Below are positions 47,317-57,946 of a stretch of 64,000 nucleotides of DNA, piece by piece. The stretch lies in the IMG/VR virus record IMGVR_UViG_3300010399_000032; one strand, written 5' to 3'. The translations under genes and the position numbers were made by a program. The notes under the pieces were generated by a model. That model made no database searches. It saw nothing but the letters and a program-made list of their open reading frames with translations, and was not told the origin of the DNA. This DNA comes from a virus. Numbering within the stretch: position 1 is the first letter of the stretch; each line of letters opens with the position of its first letter.

Positions 47317-48560
47317 TTATATGTTTATCATATCCAACTTTATACTCTCCCTAACGTTCCAATCACGATTATAAATATGTAAATCGGTTTCATATATTCG
47401 AGATTTTACCGTATGGAAAATTTGAATATTGGGGATTTCTTGCATCCTTTCAATATGACTAAAAATGCCGGAAAACGTATGTTCAATTTTTTTGGAAACT
47501 GGAGTTATTGTCATTTTTCAACCATATATTCTTGTACGGAAGGTCTCAACATTCGGCCATCAGTGCTATAAGGTAGTAATGTCCGCCTTCTTTCTGCAAA
47601 ACATCGGGCAATTTCACCTTTTTGTTTGTTAACAGTAATGAAATTATCATAATCATGCTCAAAAATTTCATGTAGTCTATCAACCAAATTTGTGTGTAAT
47701 ACCGAATGTAGGGGCGTCATCTTTACCTTCCTTTAAAATATTGGACATAGACTGTGTTTGCCATATGGTGTGGCGGATATTATCTATGAGAAATTGTGCG
47801 CGCAGAGCGGCTATTCCTATGGGAGAACAAAATGGGAGTTCGGTATTCGCCTTGACACGAATGATCCTATCTAAGTTAATTGGGCGCAATTATGCAATCC
47901 ATCTTCCAATTCACGCCGTATATTGAAAATAATATCCACTTTGTCGCGGCGGGCCCGGCACGCATTCATATAAGGTTCATTTTTCTGGGAATAATATATG
48001 TAAGTAGGAAATTTTACGCGAAAAAAGCGAGATAATCTTTCCTTCTGTAACTTTCTAAAATTCACTCGTTCCATTTTACACCATTTTTTGCTTAATTTGG
48101 TTTTTAATGTTAATAACCAACCATACTACGGTTGATCGACCTAGACTCTCAGTCCTGGCAGTCCTGGCTCGGTCGAGCTTTACAAGACCCTCGAAGCCGA
48201 GACCGGCCGGCCCACCATCCAATGTTTCTCGTACAGCCATTATTATACCATTGGTATTTTTCTTTAATTGCTCCGGTAAAATCGATTTCATATTTCACCA
48301 CCATATCCATATAGGTGTTTATAATCTGTTGCATCGGAAATTGTGTTATGGAGACCTGAGTTCATTCGTAATATAGGAAGACTTTGGCTATGAAAATAAG
48401 TCGCTATACGAAAAATCTTCCGGTCTTTATCATCAAATTGATCGATCAATTGCCCAATATGATTTCCCGGGAACTTATAAGATTCGGGGAAAGGGAAAAT
48501 ATAAAACAAACGATCAGAAACCTGCTTCATCATTATCTCCAATAAAAAACCGGAGGCCAT
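47317..48560 (-). other. Tandem run of six small basic ORFs with similar N-termini
   Basis: 47317-47514, 47511-47720, 47680-47889, 47871-48074, 48076-48291, 48288-~48533, abutting or overlapping. Confidence 0.55.
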
Positions 48561-48573
48561 AGACCTCCGGTTT
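48543..48573 (-). terminator. Rho-independent terminator
   Basis: AAACCGGAGG-TCTATGG-CCTCCGGTTT followed by a T-run. Confidence 0.8.
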
Positions 48574-48606
48574 CGGCTTGTTCCCTAGACGGACGACGGA
48601 ACCAGC

Positions 48607-49491
48607 TTACGAACAGACTTCCTCATTGAACTTCTCGGGATTAAAGCCAAATGATGCAGCGATAACCTCATGAGGAGTACTTCCTGGCATTGCACCAAGA
48701 TGGAACTTACGGCGAGTACCATCTGGTTCTAGAGTGCTATTATTGACCTCGATGATCCGCACCGGCTGGCCAGCAACCTGCATTTCAATGAGCCGGCGTG
48801 GATTACCAGCGCCATCAACGTCCTCGGAAATCACCTTGCTATTACGTTCCGAGAGATAACGGTCAAAACCATAAATCTCCAACATAATACGACGGAGCTC
48901 CGCGTTGGTTTCCTTCTCAATCACATCTGGATTGAGACGGTCCTTGTCGGTGATGATCCAGGTATTCTCATTCGGAATGGTATAACCATGCCAAGAATAG
49001 AGACCATTTCCATCAAAATACTTGATGGCCATACCATTTTCGGCATGGAGGCGACCCGCGGCATCACGGTGGAGTTCCTCAGGGCGCTCGGTGATAATCG
49101 CCAACTCATCATAAGCCCACCACCAACCAGCATTCGCAGCAATGGTCATCATGGGGTGCAACTTCTTGATTTCGGGAATATCAACCGAATCAATCTGGTC
49201 AAAGAAATCATAGAATGAAAGGAAATAGATATCGTGCTGACCATAAATCACGTTATCAAACACACCGCCAATATTCTTGTGAATATAGGCCGCCGCTGCA
49301 AACGGCGAATCAAACCACATAAACTTACCAGGAGGCGGAAGATCAGCCACCTTGTAAGCTTCATTCACGGCTTCCTCAACCAACTTTCGGTCGGAGCGCC
49401 CAGTTGCCAGCCCAATCTTGACCCACTTGTCAACGACCTTGGGCATAAGGGCAATTTCATCATCAGTGAGTTTCGTAAGCTTCTCAGCCAT
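48607..49491 (-). CDS. Conserved phage protein (DUF6745-like C-terminal domain)
   Basis: GWWW...ERP..LH....RLH...G.AI...DG..LYSWHG, NAELRR pattern. Confidence 0.75.
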   Translation of the reverse strand: MAEKLTKLTDDEIALMPKVVDKWVKIGLATGRSDRKLVEEAVNEAYKVADLPPPGKFMWFDSPFAAAAYIHKNIGGVFDNVIYGQHDIYFLSFYDFFDQIDSVDIPEIKKLHPMMTIAANAGWWWAYDELAIITERPEELHRDAAGRLHAENGMAIKYFDGNGLYSWHGYTIPNENTWIITDKDRLNPDVIEKETNAELRRIMLEIYGFDRYLSERNSKVISEDVDGAGNPRRLIEMQVAGQPVRIIEVNNSTLEPDGTRRKFHLGAMPGSTPHEVIAASFGFNPEKFNEEVCS

Positions 49492-49540
49492 AATATAGAC
49501 TCTTTTCAGTTTCCGTTATGATCTAGAAGTAGTGCAGGAA

Positions 49541-50053
49541 TTAATCCTGCACCACGCGCTCCTCAGCACCGGCGCTTTCAATCTGGCGACCGATGTAGTA
49601 ATTACCAGCCTTGAGGCGGATGGCATCATGCTCCTGGTGACCCAGGACAACACCAACATCACCACCGCCTTCGACGGTAAGCGTACCAATATAAAGATCG
49701 GTACGGGTGATAACCTTGGCCTTCATCAACTGCTCGGTGACGCCAGGGTCCTTAAACATACGGACCACAGCGGCCTTGACATTCTGAGCACCGGCGAGGA
49801 GTTCCTCAACGGCCCGATCAGTCTTAACAGGCTGAGAGGCCTGTACACGGTCCATCACATCGATGGAGTGGTGATGCCCGGTCATTTCACCTTCCAGTAC
49901 AACCAAACGGCCGTCCTTGGGTTCAATTTCACTGACTGGATTCACCTTGATAGTATCTGGAAGGCGGAAAATCAACACGTCACCCTGGCGTGCCACACCC
50001 GTCTTACCATCGTAATCATGAACACTCATAATAGTTTCCTTTGTTTGTTTCAT
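49541..50053 (-). CDS. Histidine-motif protein, partner of the adjacent gene
   Basis: RQGDV, GEMTGHHH, HQEH, RQ.E motifs. Confidence 0.75.
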   Translation of the reverse strand: MKQTKETIMSVHDYDGKTGVARQGDVLIFRLPDTIKVNPVSEIEPKDGRLVVLEGEMTGHHHSIDVMDRVQASQPVKTDRAVEELLAGAQNVKAAVVRMFKDPGVTEQLMKAKVITRTDLYIGTLTVEGGGDVGVVLGHQEHDAIRLKAGNYYIGRQIESAGAEERVVQD

Positions 50054-50114
50054 TCCTTAGTATGGAAGATAGTCTAGCAAAATCGGGGGCGTTTGTCTAC
50101 CTCCGATTTTATAT

Positions 50115-50330
50115 TTAGACGGCTAAACGATAAAAAGCCGTACGGTCACCGTTTACATTACGGTAATTGGTGAAGATATCAAAACCTTCCTGACGGAGGT
50201 CATAAATGCGCTTTGAAATTGCATCCGATGGCACCTTCGTAACTCTGGAAAGACGGCGGCTCGTAATACCGGGGGTCTCAGTGTTATCATATAGTGCGGA
50301 AAGAATGCGGTCAATCTGTGAATTTCTCAT
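50115..50330 (-). CDS. Small winged-HTH protein
   Basis: ISKRIYDLRQEGFDI...YRL; AAGGA SD. Confidence 0.7.
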   Translation of the reverse strand: MRNSQIDRILSALYDNTETPGITSRRLSRVTKVPSDAISKRIYDLRQEGFDIFTNYRNVNGDRTAFYRLAV

Positions 50331-50406
50331 TATTTAATCCTTTATCTGGGGCTAGAACCGACCAAAAATTATAATCAGCCCTAGCGCAATAATTACTGAC
50401 CCTATG

Positions 50407-50435
50407 ATTATAGAGATTAGTTTAAGGAATGGCAA
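50407..50435 (-). promoter_or_regulatory. Sigma70-like early promoter
   Basis: TTGCCA-17 nt-TATAAT. Confidence 0.7.
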
Positions 50436-50530
50436 GATGAGTATGAAAGCCACCAACATAAACAAGAAAAGGAACATAATCCCCCAGGAAATCTCAATAG
50501 TATCCATGGTTTATCTATTCCTTTTCAGTA

Positions 50531-51736
50531 TTAGAAAGTTTGCTCGGCATTTTCGGCCGGCGGCGATGGCTCCGGTGCAGGAGGAACAATTTCCGCGTCG
50601 ACCTTCTGGTAGAGTTCAAGGAACCCCTTCTTCATTTCATTATCGAAGCGGTTCAGACAAAGGGTAATTGCCTTCATCTTATCATATCCGAAGATCATAT
50701 ACGCCTCAGCAATATGCACAAGCCGGCGAGTGGAAATCAAATCATTGATTGCACCCTGTTCAAAACTCTTACGAGTAATGTTGGCCCATTGAACGAGATT
50801 TCCGACAAAGGCATCATTCTCATAATCATGCATTGCAAACACGTTACGGAGGATCTTTTCCTCAATCTTGATAGGTGGATAATCCTGTTCAAAGGTGATG
50901 GGGAAACGCTCTAGGAACGCCTCATTAAGCACATTGGTTCCGATGAACCGACCATCAGATGAACCCTTACCCTTGGTATTAGCCGTTGCAATGATGGTAA
51001 AACCAGGTGCTGGATAGACCACGCGGTTGATTGGCTTAAGGAAAATAGGCTTTCCTTCCAGGACAGGCTGGAGGCACATCAACTTGGAATCACCCAGATC
51101 GATTTCATCCAGGAGCAGGACAGCGCCTCGCTCCATAGCGATAACAACCGCTCGGTCACGCCAAACAGTCTGACCATTGGCCAATTCGAAACCACCAATC
51201 AGGTCATCCTCATCCGTCTCACGGGTAATATTCACCCGGATCAATTCTCGCCCAGTCTGGGCGCAAACTTCCTCAGGGGTAATGGTCTTGCCGTTACCGG
51301 ACAGACCCGTGATAAAGATTGGATAAAACTTACGGGAAGCAACGATTGACTTGATATCCCCATAATTGCCAAAGGGCACATAACCCGGCAATGGCTTAGG
51401 AATATAGGAAATCGCGGGAGGAGCCTCAGTACTCGGGTTCATTGCAGGGGCCTGAACCGACACCGGCTCAGGTGCGATATTGACCACGGGCTGAGGAGAC
51501 TGTACGGGAACAATACGATCCTGCCGGGATCGCTTGGCAGGACCTGCAACTGGTCCGGTCAGTGAATAAACACCACGAGCAACGCGCAACTTAGGATCAT
51601 TAGTCAGCCAGGCCGGCAACTTGATCTTGAGCGCCGAGGAAACATTAATAACCTGGGCCCGGTTGACGGTCTTAACGTCACCATAAAATTCCTTAATCTT
51701 ATCAAGGAATTCTTGACGGTCTACATGCTTAGGCAT
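50531..51736 (-). CDS. CobS/MoxR-like AAA+ ATPase
   Basis: GLSGNGKT, LLDEID, TANTKGKG, NEAFLERF, ISTRRL. Confidence 0.93.
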   Translation of the reverse strand: MPKHVDRQEFLDKIKEFYGDVKTVNRAQVINVSSALKIKLPAWLTNDPKLRVARGVYSLTGPVAGPAKRSRQDRIVPVQSPQPVVNIAPEPVSVQAPAMNPSTEAPPAISYIPKPLPGYVPFGNYGDIKSIVASRKFYPIFITGLSGNGKTITPEEVCAQTGRELIRVNITRETDEDDLIGGFELANGQTVWRDRAVVIAMERGAVLLLDEIDLGDSKLMCLQPVLEGKPIFLKPINRVVYPAPGFTIIATANTKGKGSSDGRFIGTNVLNEAFLERFPITFEQDYPPIKIEEKILRNVFAMHDYENDAFVGNLVQWANITRKSFEQGAINDLISTRRLVHIAEAYMIFGYDKMKAITLCLNRFDNEMKKGFLELYQKVDAEIVPPAPEPSPPAENAEQTF

Positions 51737-51805
51737 GGCATATCCTTTTAAATGTCACAATAGGAAGGTAATAACGGTTGCCTCGGTTTTCAAGGCAACC
51801 GGGTT

Positions 51806-54130
51806 CTATTCTCCAGTGATTACAGAAATAAATTTCTGCAAAACCACTCGGTTCAGTTTCTTAGATTCATACATCTTCTGGAAGGCCTTAGCGAGACCGG
51901 CCTTGGACTCCTTCTTTACAACCATTCCTTCCATTCCCAATTCGTTCATGAACTTAGGATTCACAAGGTATTCCAGATCGTAACCGGAATTGACCGTCTG
52001 CACATAACCATCCTTGATATAGGTATCTCGCATTTGAGTGGCCTTGGTATAATCAACCTTATACCGACTTGAAATATAATCGGCCAGCTTAACCCGGTGA
52101 CCGGCATCATAGATGTGGAAATTGATCAGATTGACACCGCAACGATCCCGCAAACGCACCAAAAGAGGATTGGTCACCGTAAACTTGGAATTATATCCAT
52201 ATCCATATCCATTTCCAATTTCCATGGGATAGACCTTACGAGTCTCATTATCTTGCATATAACCTTCATCAGGAGCATACATGCCCTTGTTTTCCTGCTG
52301 GAATTCACTCCAGGTCGGGTAAGATGCATTGGAATCACCATCAGTCAAGAAAATAACATTGGTTACCTCAATCTTATACTTGGCCTGGAAAGCCTTAATA
52401 ATTTCCTCAGAAGCCACGATAGCTTCATTAAGAGGAGTACCAGGCATAGTATCCCTCTCACACCGGAAACCATTCGCCATACCCCACAAATACACCAGCA
52501 TGGTATTATACTCACTTTGGGTCATTCGCGAGGATAGGAAATTACGGAACTTAAGATTGCCGAATTGAATGGTATTAGCCTTTCTGGTTTGTTGGTCATA
52601 AACCTTAGGCCATATTTGATTAATGTTATTATAATCAGCCCCATTAACATCCCGGAAACTATATACATCAAACGGAACATTAATCTGCCGACAAAACATC
52701 GACAAAGAAATCAATTGCTTAACCGTGGCGCGCAACTTGTTAGCCATTGAACCGGACCAATCAATAAACATGATAAATCCATGGTTCTTACCCTCTTGCA
52801 CCGTTTCACGGCGAAGGAACAAGTCATTATGATAAGCATAGGCATGAACCTTGCCCATATCAAGCTTACCGGACCGAGAAATTGAGGTCCTCAACTGCTC
52901 CTCAGCCGCCTTGCGCATTTCAAATTCCTTAACCAAGTAAGCGACGGTCGCTTGCTCAGTCTGCCGGAACTGATTAAATTCATTGGTGATTACTTCCAAT
53001 GTCTGGTATGGTCGATTCGGATACTTGCTATTTCGCAGATTATTCCAATAAGTATTATAATCTTGGATGACAACCTTATAATCATCAATGGACTTAAGGG
53101 CTGCACCAGGGTTAACCTTAGGAATTTCACTATAACCAATCAGAGGCGCGTCATTCTTGACCATATCCTCCAGAACCTTATTACCCGACTCAATGGTCGA
53201 AGCCTCAGGCAAAGACAGAGGGTCGTGATCCTCATCCTCAGATTTAGGTTCAGGATTTTCGTCACCAGATCCACCACCTTCATCAGAAGGCGAGGTCTCA
53301 TCATCCTCTGAGGTATCCTCCGATTCAGGTTCGGGAGTATCATCTTCAAATTCAACGGGAGTAGAAGGAGGAGGAGTCGGCATTTCCTCCTCCTCCTCAT
53401 CAAGAAGGTCCTCGATTTCCTCAGTGTCCGGAGTTTCCGGCTCAGGAAGATCATCCTCCTCAAATGTACCTTCACCACCGCCGGTGGGCTTAATCTTCAA
53501 AGTAGAAATGGGAGAAAGCTTTTGCTTTGACAATGCACAAAACTTTACGATTTCCTTGGTCAGGGCAACGGTGTCCTCCCAAGTCTTAAGATCATAAGCC
53601 TTATCGATAAAGACTTGCTCCTTGGGGCTAAACTTAATCAACATCCCGCGAGCAAGCCCGGCCTTGAAATAAACATTCATACGGTCGATGAAGGGCATCT
53701 TGTTGACCTTAGCATCATCCGTCGTACCAAAAAAACCACGATACCAGAGTTCCTGGTATCCCTTGGCATAGTCAATACGGCACCCAGGATAACGAATCTT
53801 CTGGAGCATGTCATTACGGACATCCTCCACCACATTCAAATAACCCTTGATACTGCCCACCCGCGTAGGATCACCAAAAGTGTCCTGGGCGATGGATTCC
53901 ATATCCTCAAGCCAACCTCCAGCAGGGGTGACTAGAGCATGACCCACCTCATGGATCAGCAACATATCATACAAGTGATCCGAAATATCATCCCAGACAG
54001 GGAGATTAAGGACACGGTGGAGCAAATCAAAAGACGCGGTCTTGGCCCCGGGGACATGGCGAACCAAAATGTCCTCGGTGGCCAACATCCGCGCCAACGA
54101 TGCTTTGATTGTGTGGTGATTAGTCGGCAT
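51806..54130 (-). CDS. CobT-like protein: HExxH domain, acidic linker and vWA domain
   Basis: HEVGH, NVVED.R, long D/E/P-rich tract, DWSGSM, GTPL, LTDG. Confidence 0.88.
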   Translation of the reverse strand: MPTNHHTIKASLARMLATEDILVRHVPGAKTASFDLLHRVLNLPVWDDISDHLYDMLLIHEVGHALVTPAGGWLEDMESIAQDTFGDPTRVGSIKGYLNVVEDVRNDMLQKIRYPGCRIDYAKGYQELWYRGFFGTTDDAKVNKMPFIDRMNVYFKAGLARGMLIKFSPKEQVFIDKAYDLKTWEDTVALTKEIVKFCALSKQKLSPISTLKIKPTGGGEGTFEEDDLPEPETPDTEEIEDLLDEEEEEMPTPPPSTPVEFEDDTPEPESEDTSEDDETSPSDEGGGSGDENPEPKSEDEDHDPLSLPEASTIESGNKVLEDMVKNDAPLIGYSEIPKVNPGAALKSIDDYKVVIQDYNTYWNNLRNSKYPNRPYQTLEVITNEFNQFRQTEQATVAYLVKEFEMRKAAEEQLRTSISRSGKLDMGKVHAYAYHNDLFLRRETVQEGKNHGFIMFIDWSGSMANKLRATVKQLISLSMFCRQINVPFDVYSFRDVNGADYNNINQIWPKVYDQQTRKANTIQFGNLKFRNFLSSRMTQSEYNTMLVYLWGMANGFRCERDTMPGTPLNEAIVASEEIIKAFQAKYKIEVTNVIFLTDGDSNASYPTWSEFQQENKGMYAPDEGYMQDNETRKVYPMEIGNGYGYGYNSKFTVTNPLLVRLRDRCGVNLINFHIYDAGHRVKLADYISSRYKVDYTKATQMRDTYIKDGYVQTVNSGYDLEYLVNPKFMNELGMEGMVVKKESKAGLAKAFQKMYESKKLNRVVLQKFISVITGE

Positions 54131-54153
54131 TTCTTCTCTCTAATTACACATCC

Positions 54154-54182
54154 AATATAATGTATGGAAATCAGAGTTTCAA
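54154..54182 (-). promoter_or_regulatory. Sigma70-like early promoter
   Basis: TTGAAA-17 nt-TATATT upstream of the CobT-like gene. Confidence 0.55.
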
Positions 54183-54234
54183 CCGTTCATATGGAAAATC
54201 TGTGCATACCAGCTATGCATCCAGAGCATAGCTA

Positions 54235-55524
54235 TTATCTACCAACTTGGTCGAGATATTTTGCCTTGGTCTCATCCCATGACATATAGATCAAATCATC
54301 ATAGAAAAGCGTCTCAGAGGACACTCTCCCCTGCTCCTGGAGAGACTTAATACGTTTAGCTGCATACTTGGTCTTCCAAATATCCGAGAGGTCCTGGTAG
54401 CTTGTAGGAAACGCCTTAACCAATTGAGATTCATGTATTTCTCCTCTTAGAAATTCTCGGGAATTATTATAGAGAGGAGAAAAATAGATTCCTCTTTGGT
54501 GTTCCGATCTAATAAGGTCTTTAGGAATACTTAGCTTTGAATAAACAAAATTGTAAGAACGGTTCTTATGATCACGTTTATATGGTTGACCTGATGGTTT
54601 CTTTGCTACATACCATTCGAAATACTTGCGAGGATATTCAGCCATCAACCATTTTTGTAACATTTTCACAGTAGGTCTTGTAGCTTCATAGGAAACCGAG
54701 CCGGATGAATATCCCATTTTCTGCCAATACTTTAATCCATCATATTGACTTAAACCTCCTTGCTTGTCCTTACCATATAAGGAAGTTGTAGTGACACCGA
54801 TAAGAGTATCTCCGTACTCGGCTTTCCATCTTTGCTGTACTTCATCTGATAAGCACAATAAAGCCAGCAGTTTTCCGCCCACATAATTGTATCCTAATGG
54901 TTGTAGAGGAACAATCGTTGAGCCAATTGCAGTATAATTGATCATATGACCTTGAGTTTTGTTGGTTCTTTCCCATCCAATATATTGGTCACGAGGGGTC
55001 AAATCAAGAAAATCGGATGAAATACAAATAACACCCAGATATTTTCCTGTTACAGAATCTTCAACAATATAATTAAGATTTCGACCAATATTTGAATTAT
55101 TCTTCATAGTCGAAGTAAAAGTTCGGATACAATTCCAAGTCTCGGAGAGGTCTGCTTCCTTTGTATAGACTAGTCGAGGTTGGATATTAAGGAAATCATT
55201 AACTTCATTAGGAATCCAAAGATTAGATTTGACTTGCCTGATCAATTTATCTTGTTCGGGATCAATCAACTTGGTCTTTTTACCAAATAAAGTCATGACT
55301 GTATGAGTTGGATATTTGTTATGTATTTCGTGCCACTTCTGAAATAAAGTATATTCTCCTACACTCATTTGTGAGGCGTAAGTCAAATCCATCACTAATG
55401 CATTATATAGAGCATCCTGGTTAATTTTCTCAAAACTATCAGGATTGTTGTCTTTAACCCATTGATTATATTGTGCTTCTAACAGAGGGTCGGTGTCATC
55501 CTCAAGAATTTCAGTATCGGTCAT
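54235..55524 (-). CDS. DUF4338 / Druantia DruA-like protein
   Basis: GR.L...V.D..TGKYLGVI...RD.YIGW, GGKLLALL, TTTSLYG, SQY. Confidence 0.7.
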   Translation of the reverse strand: MTDTEILEDDTDPLLEAQYNQWVKDNNPDSFEKINQDALYNALVMDLTYASQMSVGEYTLFQKWHEIHNKYPTHTVMTLFGKKTKLIDPEQDKLIRQVKSNLWIPNEVNDFLNIQPRLVYTKEADLSETWNCIRTFTSTMKNNSNIGRNLNYIVEDSVTGKYLGVICISSDFLDLTPRDQYIGWERTNKTQGHMINYTAIGSTIVPLQPLGYNYVGGKLLALLCLSDEVQQRWKAEYGDTLIGVTTTSLYGKDKQGGLSQYDGLKYWQKMGYSSGSVSYEATRPTVKMLQKWLMAEYPRKYFEWYVAKKPSGQPYKRDHKNRSYNFVYSKLSIPKDLIRSEHQRGIYFSPLYNNSREFLRGEIHESQLVKAFPTSYQDLSDIWKTKYAAKRIKSLQEQGRVSSETLFYDDLIYMSWDETKAKYLDQVGR

Positions 55525-55713
55525 TTACATATCCCTGTACCGGCTGCAAAAAAGGTATAAGTATCAAGGTTAAAAGTCTGCCAGAACCCACATTGGGAAA
55601 CCGTATATATTTCAGAAAAAAAACCGAAAATCATACATATCAGTACAACGACCCATAACATAATAGCCGAGTTCATTTATCTGTTCCTTCCAGGATGGAC
55701 TCTCTATCAATGA

Positions 55714-56172
55714 TCACGTAATGCATTCCTTTAAATATTGATCAAATTTAGTTTGCATATTTTCATATATTCCTAATCCCATATTACAAACACCACATAA
55801 TAACCCACGAACTTTACCGGTAAAATGATCATGATCTACATGTAAGATATCGTAATGTTCTTTGCATATTTTACAATTACCGTGTTGGTCATCATATAAT
55901 TTTATATAATCATCAAAGGTAAAATCTATGATACCTCGGTTAATCCATTGTTTTTCCATAAATTTAGGTCGATATTGTTTTCTATATTCAGCAGCTTTGA
56001 TCGGATCATAACGTTCTTTAAAAATATTAGGATTATCAGAAATCATTTTATTATATCGATTCTTAGCCATCATTTTCAATCGATCTTTATGTTTAGCTGT
56101 ATAAAGCTTCATATAATTTGGATCACTCCTAGGTGGCAAATCTGAATAAATTTCTCGTTTCTTTCGAGCCAT
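55714..56172 (-). CDS. Endonuclease VII-type nuclease, probably homing
   Basis: CKIC...VDHDH.TGKVRGLLC..CN; AT-rich; CTAAATA at 56198-56204. Confidence 0.85.
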   Translation of the reverse strand: MARKKREIYSDLPPRSDPNYMKLYTAKHKDRLKMMAKNRYNKMISDNPNIFKERYDPIKAAEYRKQYRPKFMEKQWINRGIIDFTFDDYIKLYDDQHGNCKICKEHYDILHVDHDHFTGKVRGLLCGVCNMGLGIYENMQTKFDQYLKECIT

Positions 56173-56212
56173 ATTAATTTCCTAAATTATGTATGGCTAT
56201 TTAGTAAACGCA

Positions 56213-57946
56213 TTATTTAATTTCTTGCTGATCTTCTATTATAGAGGAAAAATTTCCTTTTTTATGAAAACGAATTATTTTCTCAAACTTATCTAATAAT
56301 GCATCTGTCTTATGACTAATAACAATTGTATTAGTTCCATCAAGTAAGTCAAGCATTATTTTAAGGAAATCATCAACACCATTACCATCTAGGGATGAAT
56401 CAAAAATTTCATCCAATATCAATAGGTTAGTATTAACAGAATTCTTGAGGCGAGCCACTTTTCTCCATGTAAAGAGTATTGCTAGGTCAATTCGCATCTT
56501 TTCTCCCTCGGAAAAGTTCTGATAGGAAAATTCATCCCTATACCTAGACCTTATTGTTTCCTCAAAATTTTCGTTCATATTAAAATCAACAAAGAAACCC
56601 ATATCGGTAAGGTATTTGTTGACTTGCTTATTGATAATGGGAATATATTGCTTAATGATTTTAGATTTGATACCACCATCCTTAAGGAGATTGACGGCAA
56701 CCTCTAGGTATTGCCGATCATCAAGTAAGTCAGATTTCTTAGCTTCCAGTTCACGGAGTTCCCTACGTTTATTTTGGAGGGCTTCTGTGTTCTGGGCAAT
56801 TAACTGGTCATCAGATTGGAATCTGGTGATTGTTTGGGTTAGAGATTGGATGTTTTCAGAATAGCTTTGGATGACGGACTGTTTGGAAATGATTTCTTCT
56901 GCCAATTTTTGAGCAGCCGATTGCGATCCCACCAAATTGGTAATGTTCCGTTGAGTTTGGTCGATTTTGGTATGAAGGTCAGACAAGGCGGAGGAAATTG
57001 TGGTAATTTTCCGCCCGGCCTCAAATAATGCCGTAGCCTTAAATTCTCCATCGATAGTCTGTTTACACGTAGGGCAAGTGTCACTGTGATCATAGAATTC
57101 AACATCCTTTTTATGCCTCGTAATGTTATGTTCAATTTTAACTTGGAGAGCAAGGAGTTCCTTGTTCTTTGCCAAAAGATTTGGTAGGTCCTTGGTTGTA
57201 TCAAGGAGTGCATTCTTCTTATTGGTCAGAACTTCTATTTCCTTGGTCAATCTATCAATATCGACCTGGTATTGGGTCTTATTGGCTTCCAGCCCTGCAA
57301 CTTTCTCAGCCACATTTTCCTTGGAACTTTTGAGATTCTTGACCAGGAGTTCTTCGGTTTCAATAGTTGAAGCTAATTTAATTGCATTCTGTTGAAATTG
57401 TTCCTTGTTTTCCTGGAGTTTGGTCTTTGCTATACCACCCATAACCGAGAATACCTGGATATCCAGAAGGTCTTCAATTACAATACGCCGGTCAGCAGGA
57501 GTTAATTGCATGAATGGCACAAAAGAAGCTGAACCTAAAATAACAATCTGGGAGAATGATTTAGGTGTCATTTTAAGGATATGAGAATTCACAAAATCCT
57601 GGTAATCAAGAGTTGTTGAATTCTGATCGATTAAGCGACCATCCTTATATACCTCAAAGATATTAGGCTTCATTCCTCGAATGATCTTATAGTTATGATT
57701 ATCCGCAAAGAATTTTAATTCAACCAATAGGTCGCGCCCATTAACAGAATTTAATAATTGTGGCTTATTGATTTTCCTAAAAGGTTTTCCAAATAGAGCA
57801 AAGGTCAGGGCATCCAGAATTGTGGATTTCCCTGACCCATTTTCACCAATCATGAGTGTGGTTTTGGTCGTATTGAGCTTAACTTCCGTCCATACGTTGC
57901 CTGTTGAAAGCAGGTTTTTCCATCTAATCGTTTTGAATGTGATCAA
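56213..57946 (-). CDS. 46: Rad50/SbcC-like recombination ATPase (gp46)
   Basis: GENGSGKST, CPTC hook, FSEGEK, LILDE. Confidence 0.96.
   Translation of the reverse strand: MITFKTIRWKNLLSTGNVWTEVKLNTTKTTLMIGENGSGKSTILDALTFALFGKPFRKINKPQLLNSVNGRDLLVELKFFADNHNYKIIRGMKPNIFEVYKDGRLIDQNSTTLDYQDFVNSHILKMTPKSFSQIVILGSASFVPFMQLTPADRRIVIEDLLDIQVFSVMGGIAKTKLQENKEQFQQNAIKLASTIETEELLVKNLKSSKENVAEKVAGLEANKTQYQVDIDRLTKEIEVLTNKKNALLDTTKDLPNLLAKNKELLALQVKIEHNITRHKKDVEFYDHSDTCPTCKQTIDGEFKATALFEAGRKITTISSALSDLHTKIDQTQRNITNLVGSQSAAQKLAEEIISKQSVIQSYSENIQSLTQTITRFQSDDQLIAQNTEALQNKRRELRELEAKKSDLLDDRQYLEVAVNLLKDGGIKSKIIKQYIPIINKQVNKYLTDMGFFVDFNMNENFEETIRSRYRDEFSYQNFSEGEKMRIDLAILFTWRKVARLKNSVNTNLLILDEIFDSSLDGNGVDDFLKIMLDLLDGTNTIVISHKTDALLDKFEKIIRFHKKGNFSSIIEDQQEIK

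Noticed and set aside
49532-53935. Long plus-strand ORFs opposite the early genes
   Set aside because: Antisense frames produced by codon bias of clear minus-strand genes.
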